From IMG/VR virus record IMGVR_UViG_3300005434_000009, positions 8,581 through 72,580 of that record: a DNA stretch of 64,000 nt. One strand, given 5' to 3'. This document shows, one piece after another, positions 34,656 through 42,931 of this stretch. The position numbers and the translations under genes are program-made. Positions within the stretch are counted from its first letter, which is position 1. The number at the start of each line of letters is the position of its first letter. The notes under the pieces are model-generated. The model ran no database searches. It was not told the DNA's origin and saw only the letters and a program-made list of their open reading frames with translations. This DNA is from a virus (taxonomy: Duplodnaviria; Caudoviricetes).

Positions 34656-35084
34656 TCAGGCGACAGGCGGGACGTCCCCACCATCAGCCGGGGCCTCCGG
34701 GGACGGGTCGATGTCGGAGGTGGTCTGGTCCAGGGACCCCACCGCCGACTCCAGAGCCGACAGGTCCAGGTCCGGGTGACCGGCCTTGATCTCGTCGACC
34801 TCCGCGCGGATCTTCGCCACGTCGTCGGTGATCCGCTGCGCGAACGCGTTCAGGTCATCCTGCTGGCTCATCGCCATCTCCCTTAGTTGCTCGATCTGCT
34901 TCTTCTGGGCCGCGAGCTCCGCGTACACCAGTCGGAGGTCACCCCACAGGACGGGCACCCACCAGCGGGGATGCCAGCCGGGTGACGGGGTTGTGCACCG
35001 GCACGGCTGGTTGTCACCGCACAGGCAACGCTCATGCTTGTGACGGGCACGGGCACGGTCCTGGGAGTCCGGCCGGCGGGTCAC
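34656..35084 (-). CDS. Coiled-coil protein downstream of the endolysin
   Basis: MSQQDDLNAFAQRI.DDVAKIRAEVDE; true start may be internal. Confidence 0.55.
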   Translation of the reverse strand: MTRRPDSQDRARARHKHERCLCGDNQPCRCTTPSPGWHPRWWVPVLWGDLRLVYAELAAQKKQIEQLREMAMSQQDDLNAFAQRITDDVAKIRAEVDEIKAGHPDLDLSALESAVGSLDQTTSDIDPSPEAPADGGDVPPVA

Positions 35085-35827
35085 GGCTGCTTTCCGGACT
35101 GGGCGGCCGTCAGGGCGCCGATGAGGGCGTCGACCTTCGCGCCCAGCAACTTCACGGCGTCGCGGATCTCGTCGAGCTCGGCGTGCTTGTCCGCCAGGTC
35201 CGAACGCAGGTCCCGGTCGAGGAGGTCGTACTTGCCCACCCGGGAGTCGAGGTCAGCGATCTGCTTGCGGACGGTGTCCCACTGGTCCTGCGGCACTGCG
35301 GCCATGTCATCTCCCGGCGGTGGTGGGTTGACGGTTGCGCCGGCGAGGCGCTGCTTCCAGGTGGCGTAGCGGGCCATGAACGTGGTCGCGTACCGTTCGG
35401 CGGCCGGTCCGGAGCCGTTGTAGCGGCGAGCGCCGTCGCGGGTGCCGTAGGTGTGAATGAGCCGCTGGAGGCCCCGGAATCCGCTGCGGTAGTTGGCGAC
35501 CGGATCCCAGCAGCCGCCCAATGCGTCGGCGGTGTCCTGGTAGCCGGCGCTGGTGCACTGGGCGGGGCCGACGCCTTGCCTGCCGATCTTCCCGGCCTTC
35601 ACCAGGTTCCGGTAGGCGAGGTAGTTGGCCTTCGTGACCGGACCACCCTTTGTGTAGGCCCCGCCGGTGGAGACCGGGTCCGAACCCCAGACGTTGCGGC
35701 CGTTGGACTCCATCGAGATGACCGTCGCGGCGGCGGCGAGCTCAATGCCTTCCATCTGGGCGGCTTGGACAAGTTCGTCGGCGAGCCCCATTCCGTACTG
35801 GCGCAGGATCGCGGCGGCATCGGCCAT
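35081..35827 (-). CDS. Endolysin, lysozyme/SLT-like catalytic domain
   Basis: ISMESNG, GVGPAQ, RRYNGSG motifs; Pro linker and helical C-terminus. Confidence 0.75.
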   Translation of the reverse strand: MADAAAILRQYGMGLADELVQAAQMEGIELAAAATVISMESNGRNVWGSDPVSTGGAYTKGGPVTKANYLAYRNLVKAGKIGRQGVGPAQCTSAGYQDTADALGGCWDPVANYRSGFRGLQRLIHTYGTRDGARRYNGSGPAAERYATTFMARYATWKQRLAGATVNPPPPGDDMAAVPQDQWDTVRKQIADLDSRVGKYDLLDRDLRSDLADKHAELDEIRDAVKLLGAKVDALIGALTAAQSGKQP

Positions 35828-35902
35828 GCGGGACCTCCCAGTCACACGGGGTATGGAGTTTCAGGCCGTCAGCGGCCACTACAGGGCCGCACAGGATGGC
35901 TT

Positions 35903-38900
35903 CTACGGGGTGACACCGGAGGTGGTGACGACCTTCGTCCACGGCCCCGGTGGGGGTGCGTCCACGAACTGCCAGGTGATGTGGTCGTTCTCCCCGTCGA
36001 GTTCGGCGTAACCAAGGCAGCCGTTCAAACTGGGGCTCACGTCGGCGCCCGCGCCGTTGTACTCGCGGTTGGCGGGTCGGGCGTCGTTGTCCCCGAACGC
36101 GTAGGCGGCGTCGTGGTAGGTGCCCGGCCCGGCGTCCTCCACTTGCCCGTAGCAGGTGTTCCCGTTCGGGCCGGTGAGCTTCACCCAACGGTTCTTCATG
36201 TAGGAGAAGTTCGGGTCGGAGCACTTGCCCGCATAGCCGGGGTCGTTCGCCCACGGGACCGTCTGACAGCGCGACTTGAACGCCGAGCTGTCATTGATGT
36301 CATCGAAGGGCAGATCCAGGTAGAACGGGTTCTCCTTCGGTGTGGCCTTCGTCGGCCAGAAGTCGGGGGCTTTCCGCGCCTCGGTGGCGCAGGTGTTCTT
36401 GCCTGCCACGCCGTCGCAGCCGCCCAGTGGGGAGCCCGCGCAGTCGGTGCCGCTCCCGGCCACAGCGGTGCTCTTCACCCCTGACCAGTGGTAGGCCCAC
36501 TGGGAGTCGTAGGTGGAACACACCTGGGAGCCGTCTGGGCGGGACGGGTCGAAGATCTCCCCCACCCAGAACGTCGTGCTGACGATGCCGGTGTGCACCG
36601 GGTACACCCGGCCGGTAGACGGGGTGGTCGTCGGCGCGGGAGTTGTCGTAGTCGGAACCGGCGTCGGTACGGGTGTGCTCGTCACCGGCACCGGGGGCGG
36701 CGGGGTGGTGCCTGGGTCGCCGCCGGCGTGGATGCCGATCGCCGCCAACGCCGCCAACAGTGCGGCGATGAACGCCGCCCACCAAAGAGGCTTCGTCGAA
36801 GGCGGAGCAGGGTCCGGTACGGGTGCAGGGTCTGGCTGCGGCGTGGGATCAGGCACAGGCGTCGGCGTCGGATCGGGAACCGGCACGGGATCCGGAACAG
36901 GCACCGGGGCCGGGGCCGGCTTCACATAACCCGGGTCCCCCTCGAGCACGCCTTCGTCGGTCTTCGAGAACAACCAGTTCCCCGCGCCATCACCGACGAA
37001 CTTCCAGATGGAGGAGAAGTCCGCGTCGTCCCACGAGCTCGGGGTCTTCGCGTTCCACTTCCCACCGAGCACCTTCACCAGAGCGGAGGCCACGGCGGCG
37101 ATGGCGGAGTGCTCGAGCACCGCCAGCACCGTCTTGCCGGCCAAAGCCTGCTTCGCCAGGAGTTGCGCGGTCTGGGTGACCGCGTTCTCCGAGTCCAGGC
37201 TGGTGTCGATCGACAGACCGAGAGCGGTCGCCGTGGGTTGCGCGGTTTGGAGCATCCGCATCGACATGGTGTTGCCCTTCGACGCGAAGATCCACGTCGG
37301 CCGGTACAGGTCCGCCTTGGGGCCTGTGAAGATGGGCGGTAGGGCGTTGGCCCGCTGTACACCCTTCGGGGCGAGGGTGTGGTCGTTGGCGTCGGCGGGC
37401 TTCTCACCATGCCGGATTATCTGGATCTTGATTCCGGCGGACGGTGCAGGAACCGGTACAGGATCCGGCGTGGGCGTCGGAGCCGGCGCCGAGCCGGGCC
37501 CTGGGCCCTTCGTGACCGGGATACCGACGCCGTTCTTGTAGCTCCCCGTGATGTTGTTGTCCTCGTAGAACTTCACGTTGGAGCCCTGCGGCAGGTCCAC
37601 GATCTTGTCGGAGCTGCCGGCGAAGGTGTTCCGGGTGATGTCGACGTTGTCGACGCCGTCGAGCTTGATGCACTGGTTCCAGGAGTCGCCGAAGTAGTTG
37701 TCGGCGACCACCCAGTTCTTCATGCCGCTGGAGCTGCCGCCGCTGTTCCCGCCCCGGCCGTAGTCCTCGGCCATGATGCACTGGTGGATCGACGGCACCT
37801 TCGGGTCACGCTTCGGGTTGGCCGGGCCGACGAACTTGTTGCCCCGGATCTCGATGTTGCTGGACGCCGTGGGATGCGAGCTCGAGACCCAAAATTGAAT
37901 CGCGTCCGTGTGGCTGTCCCCGGGGTCCCCGACGACATAGTTGATCGCCGTGTTGTACAGGATGCGCAGGTTGTTCCCGAACGCGGTGATCGCGTTCAGG
38001 TCCCCGTCACCGCTGACCTTCACTCCGGTGATGTCGTTGTTCTGGAACGTGATGTTGTCGGCGTTGAGCACAGCCCCGTACTGGCCGCCGGCGACGATCC
38101 GGTAGTTCTGCACCGTCACATTCGAAGCGTTCACGGTGACCCGGCCGACCTTGTGCCCCTGGCCGTCGTACGTTCCGGCCTTGGTTATGGTCAGCGGGGA
38201 CGTCGAGTCGGCGGTGGCCACAATCGCCCCGGCCGGGGTAGCCACTCCCCCGACACCGAGCGTCTGAGTCGCCGGCGGGGTAACGACCGGCGGCGGGTCC
38301 ACCACAGGCGGTGGGGTGACCACAGGAGGCGCGCTCTGCGGTCCCGGGTACGCGCCCAGGCCGGAGCGGACCTTCCGGGCTAGGATCTCCCCGTACTGAC
38401 CCCTCGAATCCGTCTTCAGATTCGACTGCAAGTAGTTCAGCAGCTTCGCGTAGGTCTTGGAGCTCTGCGGCATCTTCGTGGTGGTCAGGATCGGAGTGCC
38501 GTCCCGGTACACCGTGGGGGCACCCTTGACGATCCCGAACCCCAGCACCATGGGCCGCCCGGCCTCGTGGGGGATGACCGGCTGCCCCTTCGAGGTTCCA
38601 GCCACCCGCTGGGTGAGTTCGAACCCGCCGGCGGAGTTGCGCTGCCAGATGACCTCGAGCAGATCGTCTTTGTCGGAGTGCAGCTGGAAGATGCACATCT
38701 GCGGCTTGCCGTCAGGCAGGTGCAGCGGGGACACCTCATACTCGAACCAGCAGTCCAGTTTGCTTGAGTCCCAGGCCGCTTCCTTGCCGGCCGCCGTCAT
38801 CTGCCGGAGCTCGCCACGCGGATACGACGATCCGTCCGTGGTTCCCGCGTCCACCGGGACCCGGATGTCGACCCACTGGCCGTCCTTCGTGACCTGAAAA

Positions 38901-39037
38901 TACCCGGTCACATCGTCGCCGGCGGACAGCTGAGCCTGGGAAAGTTCCTTGATGCCGGACTGCCCGGAGATACCGTACTGGTACTTCCACAGGGCGTTCG
39001 GGCCGGTGATGCCGAGGATTTCAGCGGGTGTCGGCAC
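35903..39037 (-). CDS. 1044-aa multidomain protein: PL7-like lyase + beta-helix + histidine phosphatase + TM + DPBB-like domain
   Basis: YPRGELRQM/QLH/Y.K..YLQSN; parallel beta-helix repeats with HTDAIQ; IIRHGEKP; TM PLWWAAFIAALLAALAAIG; TTFWVGE...NPFY.DLPFDD...KNRWV...EDAGP; AGGAG RBS. Confidence 0.75.
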   Translation of the reverse strand: MPTPAEILGITGPNALWKYQYGISGQSGIKELSQAQLSAGDDVTGYFQVTKDGQWVDIRVPVDAGTTDGSSYPRGELRQMTAAGKEAAWDSSKLDCWFEYEVSPLHLPDGKPQMCIFQLHSDKDDLLEVIWQRNSAGGFELTQRVAGTSKGQPVIPHEAGRPMVLGFGIVKGAPTVYRDGTPILTTTKMPQSSKTYAKLLNYLQSNLKTDSRGQYGEILARKVRSGLGAYPGPQSAPPVVTPPPVVDPPPVVTPPATQTLGVGGVATPAGAIVATADSTSPLTITKAGTYDGQGHKVGRVTVNASNVTVQNYRIVAGGQYGAVLNADNITFQNNDITGVKVSGDGDLNAITAFGNNLRILYNTAINYVVGDPGDSHTDAIQFWVSSSHPTASSNIEIRGNKFVGPANPKRDPKVPSIHQCIMAEDYGRGGNSGGSSSGMKNWVVADNYFGDSWNQCIKLDGVDNVDITRNTFAGSSDKIVDLPQGSNVKFYEDNNITGSYKNGVGIPVTKGPGPGSAPAPTPTPDPVPVPAPSAGIKIQIIRHGEKPADANDHTLAPKGVQRANALPPIFTGPKADLYRPTWIFASKGNTMSMRMLQTAQPTATALGLSIDTSLDSENAVTQTAQLLAKQALAGKTVLAVLEHSAIAAVASALVKVLGGKWNAKTPSSWDDADFSSIWKFVGDGAGNWLFSKTDEGVLEGDPGYVKPAPAPVPVPDPVPVPDPTPTPVPDPTPQPDPAPVPDPAPPSTKPLWWAAFIAALLAALAAIGIHAGGDPGTTPPPPVPVTSTPVPTPVPTTTTPAPTTTPSTGRVYPVHTGIVSTTFWVGEIFDPSRPDGSQVCSTYDSQWAYHWSGVKSTAVAGSGTDCAGSPLGGCDGVAGKNTCATEARKAPDFWPTKATPKENPFYLDLPFDDINDSSAFKSRCQTVPWANDPGYAGKCSDPNFSYMKNRWVKLTGPNGNTCYGQVEDAGPGTYHDAAYAFGDNDARPANREYNGAGADVSPSLNGCLGYAELDGENDHITWQFVDAPPPGPWTKVVTTSGVTP

Positions 39038-39707
39038 GGTGTTCTCCTGGGATCGGCGAATCAGCGGTGGGGCGCGGCTCCGGCATCCCGGGAACTGGGC
39101 GCGTGAACTGCTGAGCTGCGATGGCGGCCTGGCGGGCCGCCGCACGCCGCCGCACGTTGCGCTTATCACGGTTGGCTTCGCGGAGCAGGCGGACACATAA
39201 CTGACACTGTCGAGAGCCGGATGTTCGGTTGATCTTTACGTTTTCCGGGCTCAGTTCATGCCCACGCTTACAGTGGGCCTGCCGGTGCGGCCGAGCCTTG
39301 AGGTTCTCCGACCGCGTTTGTGCCACAAGGTGATCCGGGTTGATGCAGCGCCGATGCGTGCAGGTGCGCCAGTCCTGACAATCCAGGTCTTTGTCGTGGC
39401 ATGCGTGACCGACGTCGTACTTCTCAGGGACCGGTCCGATGTGGTGCTCGTAGGACGCGACATGAGCCGCAGTGTGCTTCTTGGTCACTCCGTACCCGTT
39501 GTCGTTCACGAAGCCGGGCCAAAGCCAACAGCCGTTCTCGTCGGGGACGATCGTGGCCAAGTGCTCCTCAAACGAGTGAGTGCGCTTCGCGTGCTCGCCG
39601 AGAGTGCCGCGTCTGCGGCGCCTGTAGTAGCAGCTCTTGCAAAGTCCTCGCGCGCCACCGGCTCTGCGTTCTTTGCCACAGTCCAGACAGGCGTTATCGT
39701 CCGACAT
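39021..39707 (-). CDS. HNH homing endonuclease
   Basis: CWLWPG..N.NGYG...AHVASYE..IGP.P...HACH...CINPDHL...SEN + CKRGH. Confidence 0.85.
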   Translation of the reverse strand: MSDDNACLDCGKERRAGGARGLCKSCYYRRRRRGTLGEHAKRTHSFEEHLATIVPDENGCWLWPGFVNDNGYGVTKKHTAAHVASYEHHIGPVPEKYDVGHACHDKDLDCQDWRTCTHRRCINPDHLVAQTRSENLKARPHRQAHCKRGHELSPENVKINRTSGSRQCQLCVRLLREANRDKRNVRRRAAARQAAIAAQQFTRPVPGMPEPRPTADSPIPGEHRADTR

Positions 39708-39739
39708 GTCGGTCTCCTGGTCGCTCAGGTTTCCGGCAG

Positions 39740-39768
39740 CTCAGGGGGTGTTACCAGCACCCTCTGAG
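39740..39768 (-). promoter_or_regulatory. Leader hairpin upstream of the HNH gene
   Basis: CTCAGAGGGTG-ctggtaa-CACCCCCTGAG between GTAGGATTTACCTAC and the AGGAG RBS. Confidence 0.4.
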
Positions 39769-39832
39769 CCCCTTAAGTTGTAGGTAAATCCTACCATGTT
39801 TCCGCAGGTCAGAAGCGGTGCGAGCCGCTCCG

Positions 39833-40066
39833 CTACTCCTGCGCCGCTCTCGGTTCAGGCATCCGGTCGGCGATCCGTTCCCGACAGATCAACTCAGCGA
39901 ACGATGCCAACATCGCCGTCATGCACGGGTACCGCTCCCGGCGGGAATGGGCCACACACAGGCCGTCCACGTCAGGCCGGTGGGTCTGTTGGGCCGCGAA
40001 CACCCGCCAGGCGTCCGCGGCCATCCATTCGGCGGCGGCGGACATGTCCCGGCTCAGCTGGTTCAC
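39833..40066 (-). CDS. Small hypothetical protein
   Basis: H.PD..GLC..H...YPC; GTG coupled to the upstream stop. Confidence 0.5.
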   Translation of the reverse strand: MNQLSRDMSAAAEWMAADAWRVFAAQQTHRPDVDGLCVAHSRRERYPCMTAMLASFAELICRERIADRMPEPRAAQE

Positions 40067-40245
40067 CGGTCGTCCCGCAACCCGACAGGGCGGACGTACA
40101 TTTGCGGGCCCACGGTGCACACCAGCGACGAGGTCACATACCGGGACGGTTCGCTGACATCGGAGGGGCTGGTGGTGGTCATCGCCCACCCCACAGCAAC
40201 GAAGGCGACGGCAACTAACGCGGCGGCGAGGTTGGCCCGGTTCAT
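40063..40245 (-). CDS. Small secreted/membrane protein (60 aa)
   Basis: N-terminal hydrophobic helix; coupled on both sides. Confidence 0.45.
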   Translation of the reverse strand: MNRANLAAALVAVAFVAVGWAMTTTSPSDVSEPSRYVTSSLVCTVGPQMYVRPVGLRDDR

Positions 40246-40703
40246 TTCGGCCCCGTGGTGACCAGATCGGAACGGGGTGGAACGAGGGCGCCGGAGCAGT
40301 GCAGCACCGCGTACTGGGACCACATGTCCCTGAACGCGGCCTGGTACTTGTCCCGGTCCGGGCCGGCCGCCCTGGTTTCGGGTTGGTAGCTGCCGAGGAA
40401 CACCTTGTACATCGGGCACAGCACCTGTGCCCGCACGGTCTCCTGGTCGCGCACCAGGTCGGAGATCTTCAGGTATCCGACGAGCATGGCGGCGGACAAC
40501 ACCAGATCCATGATGACCAGGGCGATCATCCACCGGATCTTCACGGTGGTCTTCCACGTCTTGATTTGGAGCTCGCCCCGGAGTTTGGCGATCTCGTCGG
40601 TCTGGTTGCTCGACGCCACCGTCAACCGGGCCACCTCGGCACCGAGTTCGGCGGCGACGACCGCCAACACCCGGCGGCGTTCCAGTTCATCGTCGGAGGT
40701 CAA
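40242..40703 (-). CDS. Single-pass membrane coiled-coil protein
   Basis: TM WMIALVIMDLVLSAAMLVGY. Confidence 0.6.
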   Translation of the reverse strand: MTSDDELERRRVLAVVAAELGAEVARLTVASSNQTDEIAKLRGELQIKTWKTTVKIRWMIALVIMDLVLSAAMLVGYLKISDLVRDQETVRAQVLCPMYKVFLGSYQPETRAAGPDRDKYQAAFRDMWSQYAVLHCSGALVPPRSDLVTTGPK

Positions 40704-40864
40704 CGGCTCTCCTGGTCGTCATCGTCGTCTTCGGTATCCAGCTCGTGTTGCAGGACAGCCACGAACCAGTTCAGGCGGGCGGTGACAGCGGCCAGTTGGG
40801 CTCGAGAGCGTTCCGACTCGACCAGCAACGCCTCCCCTGTGCGTTCCCGGTCGGCGACCATCAC
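40700..40864 (-). CDS. Small coiled-coil protein
   Basis: Coupled on both sides. Confidence 0.45.
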   Translation of the reverse strand: MMVADRERTGEALLVESERSRAQLAAVTARLNWFVAVLQHELDTEDDDDDQESR

Positions 40865-41154
40865 GTCTGCCCCCGTCGGGCCTTCTGTGCAAGCTGCGCC
40901 ATCACCTCGGTGGCCTTCACCACGGCCGGGAGGGTGGAGGACTGGATTTCGGCGTTGAGCCGGCGCACTTCCGCTTCGGAGGCCTCAAGGCGTTGTCTCA
41001 GGTACTCGCTGTTCTTGATCTCCCGGGAGAACAGCACCTTCACCGCGCCCACGCTCAAGGTGGCGAGGATGACCAGACCCGACTTCGACCACAGGTCGGT
41101 GGCGCCGTCGGACGCTTCGGCGGCGACGATGATCGCGGCGGCGAGAGTCAACAC
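40861..41154 (-). CDS. Membrane protein with coiled coil (holin/lysis accessory-like)
   Basis: TM GLVILATLSVGAVKVLF followed by heptads. Confidence 0.6.
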   Translation of the reverse strand: MLTLAAAIIVAAEASDGATDLWSKSGLVILATLSVGAVKVLFSREIKNSEYLRQRLEASEAEVRRLNAEIQSSTLPAVVKATEVMAQLAQKARRGQT

Positions 41155-41559
41155 TTAGAGGCCTGACGCCCGCTGCTGGTGCTCCCGCAGCTCGTCCAGG
41201 CCGGTACCGACTTCGTAAACGACCAGCATGTGCCAACCCCCCATGCCGATCAACAACACAAGATCCCCGTACGAGGCGGGGGTCCCGGACACCGCCGACA
41301 TCACCCAGGCGAACGCGAACACCGACCAGGCGAACGAACTGATCCCCGCCCCCAGGATCGACCACCCCAAACCGATCAAACCGCAGGACACCAGCAGCAG
41401 ACACGTCCCGGCGATCGGTAACACCAGCGGGTCAGACTCGGGGCGGCCGAGGATGTTCACCGCCCCGTACCCGGCGTCCTGGATGAGCAGCCACGTCAAC
41501 CAGTGCTTCCGGATCGCATCGACGGAAACCCAAATTGGCATCCGGCCGAGTCTGTCCAC
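41155..41559 (-). CDS. 4-TM membrane protein
   Basis: Four hydrophobic segments; AGGAGG RBS. Confidence 0.65.
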   Translation of the reverse strand: MDRLGRMPIWVSVDAIRKHWLTWLLIQDAGYGAVNILGRPESDPLVLPIAGTCLLLVSCGLIGLGWSILGAGISSFAWSVFAFAWVMSAVSGTPASYGDLVLLIGMGGWHMLVVYEVGTGLDELREHQQRASGL

Positions 41560-41608
41560 GCCCTTGTCCCCCTCCTGCGGCGGTACTGACGCTGAGGTGA
41601 GGGGAAGG

Positions 41609-42001
41609 TCAGGCGAAGGAGTAGGAGGTGACGAGGTCCCAGTTGACCCGCTGGCCTGACGGAAGAGTGTAGAACCCGCCAGCCTCCGCTGCCGCGTCCA
41701 CCTCGTCGACCTGATCCGCCGGGATCAGGTAGGCCTGAGTGGTTGGGCCGGTGTGGATGTACAACTTCTTCGAAGCGGTCGCGGCAGCCATGCTTGCCGG
41801 AGGGGTGGCGGACACGTCGTAGCGAGCCACCCCCGACAGATGCCATTGCTGGGCGGGAGTAGCTGGATCCGCCCACCAGTCACCCTTGCGGATGGCCTCC
41901 TCAAGATTCGAAGCCTCTGGCAACGAAACCGTGAAGATAAGAACAGGGACCGGGTTATCGATCGCCGTGAACAGCTGAAAAGTCTTCATCGTCCCAGGCA
42001 T
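41609..42001 (-). CDS. Hypothetical late protein
   Basis: TGATG coupling to the upstream gene. Confidence 0.5.
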   Translation of the reverse strand: MPGTMKTFQLFTAIDNPVPVLIFTVSLPEASNLEEAIRKGDWWADPATPAQQWHLSGVARYDVSATPPASMAAATASKKLYIHTGPTTQAYLIPADQVDEVDAAAEAGGFYTLPSGQRVNWDLVTSYSFA

Positions 42002-42438
42002 CAGAGGCTCCATGCCAAACGGATCTCCTCGTAATACACGGTGAACAAGTAGACGGGGCTCGCGGAGCCCCCACCCGCCGGTAGCTGATAGTGGTTCAAC
42101 CTCAACGCATTCCCGGGCTGAATGATCACATCGAACGGATACGAGAATGACCCACTCGAGCTGCCGAAGGAGTTGATGATCGTGCTCGTGCCCGAGGTGG
42201 TTACCCCAGACTTCGCCGACACGGTCGACGCCGGGGCCCCGTCCCTGAGCGCGGCCGGTGTCAATGTACTCCCGCCGGTCAATGTGGCCCCAGCGTATCG
42301 GTAGGCGGTGACGAATCCGGCCGTGCTGAACGAAACATCGATACGCGCGATCTTGACCGGATAAGAGACCGCTTTGATCGCGACCTCGTTTACAGTGGCG
42401 GGGGAACCGCTGCTCGCGTAAACGACGTACGTCGTCAT
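42001..42438 (-). CDS. Minor tail-associated protein
   Basis: Ser/Thr/Gly-rich beta protein, I.PG..L. Confidence 0.5.
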   Translation of the reverse strand: MTTYVVYASSGSPATVNEVAIKAVSYPVKIARIDVSFSTAGFVTAYRYAGATLTGGSTLTPAALRDGAPASTVSAKSGVTTSGTSTIINSFGSSSGSFSYPFDVIIQPGNALRLNHYQLPAGGGSASPVYLFTVYYEEIRLAWSL

Positions 42439-42466
42439 CCGGAAGCGCCTCTTCTCTATTCAGTAA

Positions 42467-42926
42467 TCACGGGATGATCACCGTGGAGTTCGGCACGATG
42501 TGCCGCCCCAACACCAGAAGGTCCGTCCCGTTGTGCTGAGCCCACGCCACATCCCCCACCTGCGGGGGGTCCGAATCGGAATAGGCCTGGAGGTAGGGCC
42601 TAGAAGGACACCCGGCCGGTGGGCCGGTACTGGCGGGCCCACACACCCAACGTTTCGCCGATCTGCACCAACTGCACGTAGTCCCCGGCCTGCGGATCCA
42701 CACCCATGGGGTAGGCCCGGAACACCGGCAGACGGGACACCGGGGAGTCGTCGAAGTCGTTCAACGTCGCCTGTGACTCGTTCCGGCCCGCGTCGTGGCC
42801 CAAGATCGTGGCCAAATGGAACTGCGGGTAGTCCGTGGGGTCCATGAACGCCGGCAGGTTCGGCTGCAACACCTGAGAGGCCAGCTTGTTAGCGGCCGCC
42901 CTGTCGAAGTTGAACCGTGCCACCAC
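42467..42926 (-). pseudogene. Minor tail protein with an apparent frameshift near 42595-42603
   Basis: First frame stops at RVSF*; the second frame YLQAY..PQVGD.AW..HNG.DLLVLG is a typical C-terminus but has no nearby start of its own. Confidence 0.5.
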
Positions 42927-42931
42927 TCACC

